A stretch of 64,000 nt of DNA from Corallochytrium limacisporum Hawaii (taxonomy: Eukaryota; Protista; Pluriformea): NCBI GenBank assembly GCA_002811645.1, contig PDIP01000005.1, forward strand, positions 7,345-71,344. Direction: 5' to 3'. A model generated the notes under the pieces. That model did not search any database, was not told the DNA's origin, and saw nothing but the letters and a program-made list of their open reading frames with translations. Below are positions 33,082 to 44,702 of the stretch, in pieces. The position numbers and the translations under genes were made by a program. Within the stretch, counting starts at the first letter, position 1. Each line of letters begins with the position of its first letter.

Positions 33082-34332
33082 ATGACACAGCATTCAGACT
33101 ACAGAAATCTGCGGAATGCAGAGTGGGTTGCTGCCCATACTGACGATGCCGTTAAGCTCTGCAAACAACTGTTGGACATCAAAGACTCGCTGGAGACAGA
33201 AGTTGATGAAATCAAGGGAAGGCTCTCTGTGGAGACGAAGCGTCGCAACGTTCTACTAGAAGAAAACAACAAGCTGCGCAACCAAGAAGCTGCACTCCAT
33301 GCACAAATGGTGGTCAGTGATGAACACGCAGTGAACACCCAAATGCTCCTGCAGAAGATTGATCGTTTGAAGAAGGAAAAAGAGCGCTTGCTGCTGCAGG
33401 TTGAAGAAGAGGAAGAGTACCTGACAAACACATTGCAGCGTAAATTGGAGAAGGTGAGTGAGGAAAAACACCAGTTGGAACGGCAGTTGCGGGAAGGTAA
33501 ACACAGCATGGATCCTCGGGTACAGAGTATTCAAAAACTTCAGCAAAAGGTGGAGGAGCTGGAGAACGAGATAACTAAGCTGCGGCAGCGTCGGTCCCTC
33601 ACTACGAATCACGTCGATTTTGTGCCGGATTTGGACTATGGCCGGCTCTACGATACTCTTGAGCAAAGAATCGGCGCGCTGATGAACCGCAGGGAGCACG
33701 ACAGTGGCGAGCTGGGCAGCGCTGATGTTATGGCAGACAATGTTCGTGGCGAATTCACCGACCTTCGTGAGCTGCTAGAAGAGAATAGACTAGAGCAACA
33801 ACGCCGTTTAGACGAATACGCCGATGCCATGGCGTCCCTCCGTGATGAGAACCTCCATCTACGACAGCGAGTCTTCCGTGAAATGGAAATCATCCGTGCG
33901 CTGACCAAGGATCGGTGCACCATGGAAAGTGACAGTGAGGTCGACAGTGAGTACGCCTTTAATTCTATGCGCAGACGAACCACAAGCCAGTCGTCATCAA
34001 CACATGTGCCCGCCCCGAGCTCTGTGCCTACTAGTGCTGGTAAGCTTACAACCAGGGACACTTCGCAGACGATGATGATCTCCTCGGAGGCATCCACGCC
34101 CTCTGTGACTAGCTTTAATATGCAGACCAGTAACGCAGCCAAGAGCGTACAGTCCACACCAAGCATCCCGGCATCTCCGAAACACGTATCGATGCAAATG
34201 CATGATCTCAATTTGGGAACAAGCTACCCGCGGACTCCGCATGGCGTCTTGCCCCCGCCTCGCAATCGCAGCCCGGGACCGACAGAGGTTCCCCCGGCAC
34301 AGTATCTGCTCAGTAGGGACAATACCTGCTGA
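33082..34332 (+). CDS. CCDC6: Coiled-coil domain protein CCDC6-like (DUF2046)
   Basis: 416 aa; NTQMLLQKIDRLKKEKERLLLQVEEEEEYLTNTLQRKL and MESDSEVDSEYAFN motifs; Ser/Pro-rich tail. Confidence 0.8.
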   Translation: MTQHSDYRNLRNAEWVAAHTDDAVKLCKQLLDIKDSLETEVDEIKGRLSVETKRRNVLLEENNKLRNQEAALHAQMVVSDEHAVNTQMLLQKIDRLKKEKERLLLQVEEEEEYLTNTLQRKLEKVSEEKHQLERQLREGKHSMDPRVQSIQKLQQKVEELENEITKLRQRRSLTTNHVDFVPDLDYGRLYDTLEQRIGALMNRREHDSGELGSADVMADNVRGEFTDLRELLEENRLEQQRRLDEYADAMASLRDENLHLRQRVFREMEIIRALTKDRCTMESDSEVDSEYAFNSMRRRTTSQSSSTHVPAPSSVPTSAGKLTTRDTSQTMMISSEASTPSVTSFNMQTSNAAKSVQSTPSIPASPKHVSMQMHDLNLGTSYPRTPHGVLPPPRNRSPGPTEVPPAQYLLSRDNTC

Positions 34333-35392
34333 AGGCTAGAGCCTGCTCGCACTTTACTCCTTGTTGCTTGTCTCGAGTTGTATCATTGTCTACCCTGTAT
34401 TTACATTGTCTTCGTATCATCATCCCATCATATATCTGTAATCATCATCCCATTTTCTATCGTATCTACTTTTGCAAACTCCAATAAAAAAATTTGTTAT
34501 TTCTAAACCTGCAGAACATTTAGCATATACAAACATCCTAGGGGTGGACCAATTTCCGATGCATCTGATCAATCATCATGTCGCCCAGACTTGGATTCCA
34601 CTCCCAGACCCGCATAACTCCACCACCTCCCCGCCCGCTCCCCTTTTGGGGACCTACCACCGTCCCCGAGCTGATTTTGGCGCGAACGGTTAAGCTAAAG
34701 GAGGGGACAGAAAAAGAGGCGAAGGCAGGGAGAGAGAACTGGGAAGGGAGACGGGAAGGTAAGACGGGAAGGCAGAAAACAGGGTAGACAATGATNNNNN
34801 NNNNNNNNNNNNNNNNNNNNNNNNNNNNNNNNNNNNNNNNNNNNNNNNNNNNNNNNNNNNNNNNNNNNNNNNNNNNNNNNNNNNNNNNNNNNNNNNNNNN
34901 NNNNNNNNNNNNNNNNNNNNNNNNNNNNNNNNNNNNNNNNNNNNNNNNNNNNNNNNNNNNNNNNNNNNNNNNNNNNNNNNNNNNNNNNNNNNNNNGGGGG
35001 AGGGAGAGAGGGAGAGATGGTTGAGACCCAAACTACTGTGTTGCCAGACAACACGGCCGCACACAGACGACTGGTGAGGTTTTGATCAATGGTGGGCCTT
35101 GCTGTCGATGAAATGTCGTGTGTACCTTCATCAGTTATATTTCTGAAGAGAAATAGTTCTGTGCAATTGAGACACCTGGAATCCTGTCTGTGCAGTAAAG
35201 CTTTTTGAGTCGCAGTCGCAAAACTACCTTGCACAACAACTCAGCCTCTCAGCTGAGGGACGGAACATAAAAATCGAATCATATTGGGCCTGGGAGTTCG
35301 TAGAAGCGGACAGAACCAGAACCAAAGAAGTGGAAAATATGTAGTACACTTTCTCGACACTTTTAAAGAAAAATACATCGATACTAAGAAGA

Positions 35393-37684
35393 ATGGATCC
35401 CGCATACGCGAGAAAGCTTAGCGGTGGAGGGCCATCTAGTCCACTGCGAAAGGGCACGTCACCCATGAAGCAGAATCGAACCCCAGTCCGCTCTACGACA
35501 AATTATTCGGCTTCAAATTCGATATCAGTCGGGTCAGTAACTTCACACAGTGAATTCGGAGGGATCAAGCGTTCGGACAAACTTATTCCCATTGATGCCA
35601 CTGCGCCAACGCGACGTGTGCCAGCTGGCACTGGACAGTCTCCCAACCGGCAGGGATCTCGAACACCAACGCGGAATGCACAGCAACCGTTTAGCCCTAC
35701 CAGGAGCATTGGCCGCCGGCGCACATTGAGTATGCAAATGGGATTTACAGGATCGGACAATTTGGACAGCCGCAACTCACCAATGCGGGCATCACCGGCA
35801 CGGGTGTCGGATAGGTTTGTGCCGAGCCGCTCGGCAAACAGTCAGAGACGGTTGGTCTTTGACAATGTTCTGAGCAGCAAGAGCATGGACGTTGATGTAA
35901 TGAGCAACAGTCGATCAAGTCGGAATGTAGGTAGTTCAAACCACAATCGCAACGATAGTAACAATAACACAGAGGGTGGAACGCAGCAGGACGGGTCTAA
36001 TCAACAGAACAACGCCAACGCGGCGCGCAGTGCAGCCCAATCAGAGGCCACCTACCGTCAGATTCTGCGCAATGAGTTGTTGGGACCAGAGAGTGAGAGC
36101 AGCCTGCGCAACTATCGCAGTCAGACCTCCCATCTACGTCAGGGCTACGGTTTTGATGCTTTCGCAGATGAAAACATACGTCCCGGGATGAACGCGGACA
36201 CAGAGATGGAGGGAGATGCAGACAACAATGGCAGCAATAGTCACTCTCATAATGGCATGACCATGGACGTGGTCACTGGGGAGCACCGTCCGGCACCGGA
36301 CCCAGTAATTGGCGGGGGTGGTGCGGCCGGCCCGCACGGAGCAACGAATGATGGTACAGCAGGCCAGAGACGTACCCACTCTGGGAGCCGAAGAGACGGA
36401 AATTTCCATATGTCGCCCTTAGTCACACCCCGTCAGAACCTACTCAGTTTTGATGATGGGTTGGGGGACGAACCTTTGAATCACAGCGCGTCACTAGGAC
36501 GTCAAAATATGTCCGCGGATGCTGGCTCGCAGAACATGCCACACTCTGGCCATATTTCGCCATTGCGAATGACCGGCAATATGGGCTCCCATGCGGGGAC
36601 CTCACAGTATTCGCTTAGTCCTCTCACCACCGCCAGTCAACAGCTCCTGACCTCTCCTGTGCGACAGACACGGAATGTGCCGAAGCAGCCGTTCAAAGTT
36701 CTGGACGCACCGGATCTGCAGGACGATTTCTATCTGAATCTCGTGGATTGGTCGCAGAGCAACATTCTAGCTGTCGGTCTGGGTCCCTGTGTTTATCTCT
36801 GGAACGCTGGCAGCGGAATGGTAACCCGTCTGTGTGATCTGAGTCCTGACGATAACTTTGTGACATCTGTGAGCTGGAGCCCCAAGTCGGACTACATTGC
36901 TGTGGGCACAAACCGCAGCGAGGTCCAACTCTGGGATGTCGAGACACAGACACAGATCCGTACACTATCCGGCCACAGTGCGCGGGTAGGGTCCTTGGCG
37001 TGGAGCAGTTCGTTGTTGTCTAGCGGATCCCGTGACCGGAGCATCTGTCAGCGGGATATCCGGGCGGTGGAGCACTTCACCACCCGCCTAACTGCGCATA
37101 AACAGGAAGTCTGTGGCCTGAAGTGGAGCCCGGACGAAACCCTACTGGCCAGCGGAGGCAATGACAACAAACTGCTGATCTGGAGTAGCCGCGGCGGCCA
37201 CGCAGCACGGTCCAGCCTGAACCGGCGTTCGAGCAACCAGCCCATCATGCGCTTCAGCGATCACGTTGCCGCCGTGAAGGCTATTGCGTGGTCTCCGCAT
37301 CAGCACGGACTACTGGTCAGTGGTGGCGGTACAGCAGACAAATGCATTCGCTTCTGGAACACCCTGACTAATCAATCTCTGCAAGTTGTCGATACGGGAT
37401 CACAAGTCTGCAACTTAGCGTGGAGCAAGAGCGTCAATGAATTGGTCAGCACTCACGGCTATAGTCAGAATCAGATCTGTCTGTGGAAGTACCCATCGAT
37501 GGTGCCCATTGCAACGCTGATGGGTCATAGCTACCGAGTTTTGTACCTCGCTATGTCACCGGATGGCCAGACCATCGTAACTGGCGCTGGTGACGAGACG
37601 CTGCGGTTCTGGAATGTGTTTGCAAAGGAGCATGAACGGTCTGGTCGCAAATCGGTCTTGAACATTCTGGGACAGCTGCGTTAG
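35393..37684 (+). CDS. FZR1: APC/C activator Cdh1/Fizzy-related
   Basis: 763 aa; C-box DRFVPSR, LRNELLG, PFKVLDAPDLQDDFYLNLVDWS WD40 propeller, RVLYLAMSPDG, terminal LR tail, many S/TP CDK sites. Confidence 0.96.
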   Translation: MDPAYARKLSGGGPSSPLRKGTSPMKQNRTPVRSTTNYSASNSISVGSVTSHSEFGGIKRSDKLIPIDATAPTRRVPAGTGQSPNRQGSRTPTRNAQQPFSPTRSIGRRRTLSMQMGFTGSDNLDSRNSPMRASPARVSDRFVPSRSANSQRRLVFDNVLSSKSMDVDVMSNSRSSRNVGSSNHNRNDSNNNTEGGTQQDGSNQQNNANAARSAAQSEATYRQILRNELLGPESESSLRNYRSQTSHLRQGYGFDAFADENIRPGMNADTEMEGDADNNGSNSHSHNGMTMDVVTGEHRPAPDPVIGGGGAAGPHGATNDGTAGQRRTHSGSRRDGNFHMSPLVTPRQNLLSFDDGLGDEPLNHSASLGRQNMSADAGSQNMPHSGHISPLRMTGNMGSHAGTSQYSLSPLTTASQQLLTSPVRQTRNVPKQPFKVLDAPDLQDDFYLNLVDWSQSNILAVGLGPCVYLWNAGSGMVTRLCDLSPDDNFVTSVSWSPKSDYIAVGTNRSEVQLWDVETQTQIRTLSGHSARVGSLAWSSSLLSSGSRDRSICQRDIRAVEHFTTRLTAHKQEVCGLKWSPDETLLASGGNDNKLLIWSSRGGHAARSSLNRRSSNQPIMRFSDHVAAVKAIAWSPHQHGLLVSGGGTADKCIRFWNTLTNQSLQVVDTGSQVCNLAWSKSVNELVSTHGYSQNQICLWKYPSMVPIATLMGHSYRVLYLAMSPDGQTIVTGAGDETLRFWNVFAKEHERSGRKSVLNILGQLR

Positions 37685-37839
37685 AAAGCCGTGCGGCATG
37701 GAGTATGTTGGATTATTAGAAGGCAGTTTCCTCTGAGGGTTAGGTTTCATATACTGTGCTATATTGGATTTTGTGAAATTCCGTTGTGTTATTCTTGTTT
37801 CAAGGTAATCCTTGGTTTAGAGTCTAGGATGATATCGAT

Positions 37840-40800
37840 TTACGCAGCCAATTTGCGTGCTCTGTCCAGATACTCCGTCATGAACTCGAAGAAAGTAAAA
37901 GGACTGCTGGTCATGCCATAGCGGTAGACATACCTACTGGCCAGATAAGAGCCAAAGATGGCGCGCAGATAGCTGTCCGGTACGCGCTCAATGATGTCGT
38001 CCAGCGGCACCAGCTTCAGCAGAGCCTGAGGGCAATATTCGTTGAAGATGACAGTCCGCAGTTCGGCATTGTTCCACAGCGGGCTCTGGCTTAGCTCTTC
38101 GCTTAGTTCGACAATCTTTACACTGACCTGATCAGTCAGCACGCAGCGAGGCAGACCAGTGCGCTCATGTTCGTTCCAGATGCACTCAAATTCCATCGCG
38201 GCATTCTTTTCAACGATGCCCTGGACCTCCTTGACGTACTCCTGGTAGAACTTGGGCTCCTCACCACCTTTCACACTCATGTGTTCACCAAAGGTCTTAT
38301 CATCCAAGGCAAGGGCGGCAAAGACCTCTAGAGAAGAGCTCGTGACACCGCCCTTGTTGGCACTAGCGTCCTTGTAGAGAACGACCCCCTTCTGTTCGAG
38401 CTGTAGACGTGCAGCCTGCGTAATAAAAAGATTGGCACCCTCGACGATATATTTATGACGTGGGGCCCCAGTCTCTTCGTCAAACATCAGGTGCACGTTC
38501 TGCAAATTAATAGAGTCCGGTCGACCTCCGCACGGCACCAGGAAAGTGGACTCCACGCCGCGGTTGACATGGAAGCCATTGCGGAAGCGCATACCGTTCT
38601 CCACCACGCTGCCGTCCGGCAGATCAATGGACCTGTCATCCACAAGCACTCGGTAGCCCTCCGGCCCTAGTTTGCTCACGTCAAAGTGTTCAATCATCTT
38701 GCGTTCCCGAGCGAGACGTTCAAGTTCATCGCGGGCAATACCTTGAGGATCAAAGAGCACGCCAGAACCATCTACAATGGAAATAGTCTTGTCCTTGGAG
38801 ATGAGAATCTCGTTAGATCCAAGATCACCGTCCGGACCACCAGTCTGTACCTTGGTACAGTCCTCTTCCTTCAGAGCTAGCTTGCGGATAATGCCGAGCA
38901 CATACTGATGCACACTGCGGGTGGTCATGCCGTACCGATCGTGGGGAATGCCACCGAGGGCAATGCTCTTACCGGTGGTGAAAGCTTTCCAGAACGAGGC
39001 GCTGCGTTTCTTGGCATGCAGGGCCGCCCAATCCATAAGGTTGGCTGTACCCTCGTCAGGACCCAGGAACAGAATCTCCGGTGTTCCCAAACGGTCTACG
39101 ATCTGTTCCTTGATGCCCGGGCTCTTGCCCACCAACAGTAAGTCCAAAAGACCATCGACATACTTCTCGAAGGCCCTTTCGGCAGCGCCCTGTCGATTCA
39201 TCTCCAACAGGACAGTACCCTTGGATCCGCCCTCAGGGATGTCCTTGTTTTTGTTTTGTTGTGTTGACGCGAGATTATAGTTCTCGTCAAAGAGCGAGAT
39301 AACGTTACGCCTGAACACGTCGGTATTGGCACTGCGAATAATGCGGATGCCACCACGCGCGACGTCAGCGAAACGGACGTGGAAACCACGGAATTCAGCA
39401 GCCAATACAAAGAACATGCCGTACACTTTGCGTGGGTACTCGATCGGAGGCAGGAAGGACGGGTCGAGACGGAAGCTCAGCGCAATCTTAGTAGGCTGGA
39501 AGAAATTGGTCTTCAGGATGTGCTGATTGAAGGTGAGCATGGCCTCAAAGATGGCCGCCTCACGCATGCTCTGAGTCATGTACTTAATCAGATCGAGAAT
39601 GTCAGCGTCCGTGTAGTCCGCCAGAGAGTCCAGGCGCTGGGTGGAGAGGGAGCGCTGATCCTCGGCCATGCCCGGAGTTTCCAATTGATTGGTCCCCATG
39701 GTGCCCATGCTGATGCTTACATGGTGCACAGACGCAAAGTTGGCGTACAGAGAGCGCACTAGTTCGGGGTACTGGAAGACAATCTGGTGGATCTCATTAG
39801 AGCCGAAAGTGTCGCTACGCAGGCGGGTCTTCAGAGACAGCAGCAGGGTCTGATGAGACTCATTCTTTTCGTCAAGAAGCTCGCTGATCTGGGTGAACTC
39901 GGGCCCGAGACGGTTGAGGAAATGCTCCACGAATTTACAGGCCGCGAACGCATATGCGCACTCTTGCATGCTCAAACGCTTCTCGTAGTAGTGCTCAAAG
40001 AACATGGATTCGGGCAAGATATGCAGGTAGCTGACTTCCTTCATGATCTGAATGATACACTGGTTGACAGTGACACCGGGCTTGACTTCAGACCGGTCCA
40101 CATACAGGGAGATGATGGTCATGCCATTGGCAAACTGTTCGACGTATTTCTTTGTGGAGTACAGCCCATAGAAATGATACAAGTGACTCAATGCTGCAAA
40201 CATGCCAGTAGTGTAGCCCCGACCATATGCAATGACCACCCGCCAGTGATCATCCTCAAGATGGAAGCGTTCGATGACGGGACCCGTGCGATTGACTGCC
40301 TTGTTGATCAGGTTTTGGTATAGCTGCATAGTATTCTCAGTAGCACGGGCAAGGAACTCAGAGCTGCTAATCTTCTTCAGATCCGTCTCTAATGGATCAC
40401 ATAGCCCGTTGGGGAAGGTGCATTCCTGTACAAAATAACAGCGCAGCTGGAGTTTGCTCTCCCCGGAGACGTGCGTCTTGCTGCGGTAGGTCTCGACGCG
40501 GAACACCCGGCCATCGTCGCGGTCAAGGAACCGTTCATCAATCTTCTGCTCAAAGCGGGGGCCACTTGCAATAGAAATACCGGGCATAGAGTTGCAGAGG
40601 AAGATTGTGGTGTCCTCAGTCTCGTGTTCGAGCTCAATATCGATGGTGGACTTGCGCTTGGTGTAGGCAAGGACCTTGGCACCGTAGATGGAGAGAATAA
40701 ACTCGGCAATCTTCTCAGAATTTTCATGGGCAAAGAAGAGGTCCTCAATGCCAAGCTTGTCGTAAAAGAAATCGACCTCGTTGACAGCTTCTGCGTCAGG

Positions 40801-40941
40801 GATGAAGCCCTTGGCCTTGATCAACTGCAGGACATCTTGCCGTTGTTGTGACTTACCCTGGAAAACGGGAGTCCTCAGGTCGATACCAGTCTTTGAGACC
40901 GTATCAACTGTGGCAGTTTCCTTTGCCTTTGACCTGATCAT
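37840..40941 (-). CDS. GDH2: NAD-specific glutamate dehydrogenase (large, fungal GDH2 type)
   Basis: 1033 aa; FRGFHVRFADVARGGIR, KNKDIPEGGSKG, GPDEGTA, QTGGPDGDLGSNE, IVEGANLF, ANKGGVTSSS. Confidence 0.96.
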   Translation of the reverse strand: MIRSKAKETATVDTVSKTGIDLRTPVFQGKSQQRQDVLQLIKAKGFIPDAEAVNEVDFFYDKLGIEDLFFAHENSEKIAEFILSIYGAKVLAYTKRKSTIDIELEHETEDTTIFLCNSMPGISIASGPRFEQKIDERFLDRDDGRVFRVETYRSKTHVSGESKLQLRCYFVQECTFPNGLCDPLETDLKKISSSEFLARATENTMQLYQNLINKAVNRTGPVIERFHLEDDHWRVVIAYGRGYTTGMFAALSHLYHFYGLYSTKKYVEQFANGMTIISLYVDRSEVKPGVTVNQCIIQIMKEVSYLHILPESMFFEHYYEKRLSMQECAYAFAACKFVEHFLNRLGPEFTQISELLDEKNESHQTLLLSLKTRLRSDTFGSNEIHQIVFQYPELVRSLYANFASVHHVSISMGTMGTNQLETPGMAEDQRSLSTQRLDSLADYTDADILDLIKYMTQSMREAAIFEAMLTFNQHILKTNFFQPTKIALSFRLDPSFLPPIEYPRKVYGMFFVLAAEFRGFHVRFADVARGGIRIIRSANTDVFRRNVISLFDENYNLASTQQNKNKDIPEGGSKGTVLLEMNRQGAAERAFEKYVDGLLDLLLVGKSPGIKEQIVDRLGTPEILFLGPDEGTANLMDWAALHAKKRSASFWKAFTTGKSIALGGIPHDRYGMTTRSVHQYVLGIIRKLALKEEDCTKVQTGGPDGDLGSNEILISKDKTISIVDGSGVLFDPQGIARDELERLARERKMIEHFDVSKLGPEGYRVLVDDRSIDLPDGSVVENGMRFRNGFHVNRGVESTFLVPCGGRPDSINLQNVHLMFDEETGAPRHKYIVEGANLFITQAARLQLEQKGVVLYKDASANKGGVTSSSLEVFAALALDDKTFGEHMSVKGGEEPKFYQEYVKEVQGIVEKNAAMEFECIWNEHERTGLPRCVLTDQVSVKIVELSEELSQSPLWNNAELRTVIFNEYCPQALLKLVPLDDIIERVPDSYLRAIFGSYLASRYVYRYGMTSSPFTFFEFMTEYLDRARKLAA

Positions 40942-41537
40942 TGTTGCAGATCAATGAAGTATCGTACTCTAGCTGTTGTATCCTATGGCTCGAATTGACC
41001 TTTGGGGCCAGTTCTACGCTGCTCGAGCACCACAGGGGATGGAATAGATCGGTAGACCGTTGATGAGCAGAAGCAGCCCATAAGATCTCTCAAGTAGCCT
41101 CTCTGGGTGTTCATCCGAATCGAATACGCAGTGCAGAGCACATCGTCACCCCGTAAGACTCTCGACCTCCGCTTGTGGCCCATACGATGCCGCATCCAAG
41201 ACTGCGAGATCGGATTGTGAGCTCTGGAACCCAACTCATCCAAGCGGCTTGAGGAAAACAAAGAAAATACACATTGAACCCCCCTGGGATACACACAGTA
41301 TCGAACGGTGCCCAGTACGGCCCGCAGGGGAATTGGCTTAAACGCGGAAAACTTTGCTTCGACATTTTGCTCAAAACAATCTGCGCCATATGTCACACAC
41401 ACACCCCACAACACACAGAGCACCAGGAGAGCAAGTGGACCCACCGCGTTGCTTTGAAACGTGGCGACTGGTCACCACCCTTCGTGATGTGATGGTACGA
41501 AGGAAATTCGAAGTGAAAAGTGGCGTAGAGAGGAGGA

Positions 41538-41553
41538 CCCCCCGGGGGGGGGG
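41538..41553. promoter_or_regulatory. C6G10 palindrome upstream of GDH2
   Basis: Flanked by GAGG(A)/CCTC, which extends the symmetry. Confidence 0.4.
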
Positions 41554-43454
41554 CCTCGGACGGCCCTTCGGTTTGGCCAGCGTTGTTGCTCTGCGCTCCC
41601 CATTTTGCCGTTCGCTGTGCGCCTATGCTTTCCAAAAACCGGTGGTAATTTCTGAGTATGCAATGCTTTTTATTTTGTTTTTTTTTTGGGGGGGGGGGGG
41701 TGGCACCCCACTTCAGAGGTTCTGGGAGAGAGAGAGAGAGAGTGTGTGTGTGTGTAAAAGATCGGAGCGGTAGGGACGGGCTTTTTCAGTGAAAGTTTAT
41801 TCTCCCGCTCGCTCGGGTCTGTCTTAATAAGCTTTTATTGCTCCCGACCCCCCCCCTCCCTTACTCTCTTGTCTGTCTGTCGTTTCTCTCGCTTCTCTCT
41901 CATCTCCCCCCGGACCTCCTCCTAGTTTCTGCCCTGCAAAAAATCCTTCACCAGCCTCAGGCTTCTCTACACCTCCTCCCCTGGGGATCGCCGTGGCATC
42001 ATGCAGTTTTGGCTGTGTGCGGTTGGCACCCCCCCCCCAATCATCTCTGCAGCAACCACTTCCTTCGGATTTCAGTATATTCGGTATTCTCACAGTCTTC
42101 TGCGCGATTCTCTCTGACTCTCCTCTCGCTGCGGACCGTGTCTACATCTGCAACCTGCTGACCGACCAGACTCTCTTTCTCTCTCATCGACACCTGTTGG
42201 CGGCCGTTGGCAGTGTGGCGCTCATGTAACCTCAGAAAGAGCGGCTCGATGACTGCGTAGTGCTGTACCTGCCAACCTTCCCACACCAACGCCCGGACGG
42301 ACTCTATCGCTACGGTTTTTGGCTGGCCAAGTCTGTTGGATAGGAGAACAAAAGTTGAAATCACTGGTGCCGCATATCAACCTGAAGAAAAATACTAAAG
42401 GTATTCCTGGGGTTCCCACCGCGTGCGGTTCCTCTGTTATGCATTCGCAGATTGAATTCGCAAGGAGGGTAGGACAGGGGCCCACTGTTAAGAGCTCTAC
42501 CACACCGTTACTATCAATAATCTTCCCCCCCCCCCAACATAACACCGAACCCCTCTCCCACTTGCTTATATCCACTTACCCACCACCACCAGCACACACT
42601 GCACTGAATTGTAACATAGGGCCTTCGTATTCAAATATTTGATGAATCATAAGGGACGGTACGGTGGCCGAGGAATGCGTAGTGAATGTATGGGCAGTCC
42701 CTTTCACAGGTCGGCCCTTTCGCTGGTCCTTTTTCTTTGTTGGGAAGCCGGGAAGGAAGGGGGGGGGTTCGGAAATTGCGGGCCGAAGAAGAGGGCCCCG
42801 GGGAGGGGGGGGGCCGCGTTGTGCCTTTTCGACAACGTTTGTTAGGGAGAACGAGTGCCAAGCCACAACACTAGCTTTCTGCCATACTGAAGAAATGGAG
42901 GACACTCCCCCCACACACACTCGAGGAAGGCTTGTTGGACGGTAAAGCGACCGTAGGGGGGCCGATTCGAACCTGGGCAGATAGGGTTTAGTAGTGAAAC
43001 GACTGGTCTTGCAGATCTGACGGGCGGCTAAGGCTTGCGGAGATGGGCCTCCCTCAGAAGTCACATGGGGCTGGCTGGCTGTGTGCTGGGGAGGAGCGGG
43101 GATGCTGGAGCTGAATTGGAGAAAGTGTGGCTGCGTGTGTATGGTTGGTTCTGGGCACTGCCGTTGGCTTCGAATGCGTGATGAATGGTGGCTTTAGGCT
43201 CCAGTGTAGCGTGGCTATGAGCATTGGACTTAGTCGACCCGCGCAAGGGTAGGATAGGTTTCCATTGGTGATGATGTTGGAGAAAACGGATAACTTGTTA
43301 TGGTTCAAATTGGAATAGGTGGTAGAGTTCATATTCTAAGAGCAGGTACTTTGAAGAACAAGCTTCAAGAGCCCACTGGACAAATTCAATTTTAGTATAG
43401 ATCTTTTATCTTTCAATTTAGGGAACCGAGGTAAATAGTATCCTTATAGGAAAG

Positions 43455-44702
43455 ATGTCGTCAGCAAAGCAACCGCTGCCGACCATCCAGGGTCAGAAGC
43501 TAAAGCAGAAGAAGCGTGATATTAAGGAACAGTATGATCCTGAAGGCTTTCGCGACGCGGTTGTTGAGGGTCTAAACGAGTGCGATGACTTTGAGGCTGT
43601 AGCTAAATTTCTCGACTCTGCCGGTAACAAACTCGACTACCAGCGCTACGGTGAAACTCTGTGGGATGTTCTCTTTGCCGGAGGTATCCTGGCACCCGGT
43701 GGTTCCATCGAGGACGAGGAAGCAGAAGTGTCCAAGTTCTACCTGTTCAAAGCTGAAGACGACGATCAGGCTGCCATTCAATATGTCGATCTCTTCATTC
43801 GCGTCATGCGTCGGTACAGATTCTTGGTTAAGCATTTGGGAGAAGAAGTTCGCAAATTATTGAATTTCCTGAAGGGATTTAAGGAAGACCAGCTGGACAA
43901 ACTGGCCACTGCGGTGTCCCAGCTGCTTGGGCGGCAGACTCTGAGCGCGGATGTGCTTCTGAGCATGCAGAACGAGCATCTTTTGAAGGACGGTATTGCC
44001 CTTGACATGTTCACCCGGATTGTGCGCAAGTGGCTACAACTGAACAGCATTCAGCAGATTGCTGCTGCTCTGAAACAGAGCGAAATGGACGATCGGTTGC
44101 TCGGGTTCATGCCTCCATCGCGACAGCAGCCTGAGGAGTTTGAGACTCATTTCAAGAATGAAAAGCTTGACCCCATGGTCCGGTTCTTCCACGCGAAGCA
44201 GACTTCACAGTACAAGGTCGGATTACGGCAGCTGATTCAGGAGCTCGTCCACAACGAAGCCCCCATGGACGAGCTGGTCAGTGAGTGCATGAGCTACATC
44301 AACAAGTACAACCTGACCAAGGCTGAGAGTGTAGGCATTGTCTGGGCATCCATTATGGGCGTGTTGGACCGCTCCAAGAAGCAGGACCAGCTCGTCGCGG
44401 AGGCCCTTGTCCATGTCAAGACCTACGTTCCTCTGCTGTTTGCCTTCAGCGGTACTGTGACCGCCGAGGTGAACCTAGTCAACCGCATCCAGGTCTTCTG
44501 CTTCGAGAACATCTCCTTCCTTAACATCTTCAACAAGATCATCCTGCTGCTGTACAACAAGGATGTACTGGGAGAGGACGCCATCACTGCCTGGTATGAG
44601 AGCCGCCACAGTCAGAAAGGTAAGGGTCAGTTCCTGAAGCAAATGAAACCCATGATGGACTGGTTTGCTACTGCCGAAGAGGAGTCTGGTGATGAGGCCT
44701 GA
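43455..44702 (+). CDS. BZW: eIF5-mimic protein (BZW/5MP) with C-terminal W2 domain
   Basis: 415 aa; GQKLKQKKRD..YDPEGFRD, LDYQRYGETLWDVLFAGGILAPGG, terminal HSQKGKGQFLKQM..WFATAEEES. Confidence 0.95.
   Translation: MSSAKQPLPTIQGQKLKQKKRDIKEQYDPEGFRDAVVEGLNECDDFEAVAKFLDSAGNKLDYQRYGETLWDVLFAGGILAPGGSIEDEEAEVSKFYLFKAEDDDQAAIQYVDLFIRVMRRYRFLVKHLGEEVRKLLNFLKGFKEDQLDKLATAVSQLLGRQTLSADVLLSMQNEHLLKDGIALDMFTRIVRKWLQLNSIQQIAAALKQSEMDDRLLGFMPPSRQQPEEFETHFKNEKLDPMVRFFHAKQTSQYKVGLRQLIQELVHNEAPMDELVSECMSYINKYNLTKAESVGIVWASIMGVLDRSKKQDQLVAEALVHVKTYVPLLFAFSGTVTAEVNLVNRIQVFCFENISFLNIFNKIILLLYNKDVLGEDAITAWYESRHSQKGKGQFLKQMKPMMDWFATAEEESGDEA

Noticed and set aside
42940-43030. GGTTCGAATC (T-loop/B-box-like) on the minus strand, suggesting a tRNA
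   Set aside because: T-stem arms do not pair, and no acceptor or anticodon stems can be built
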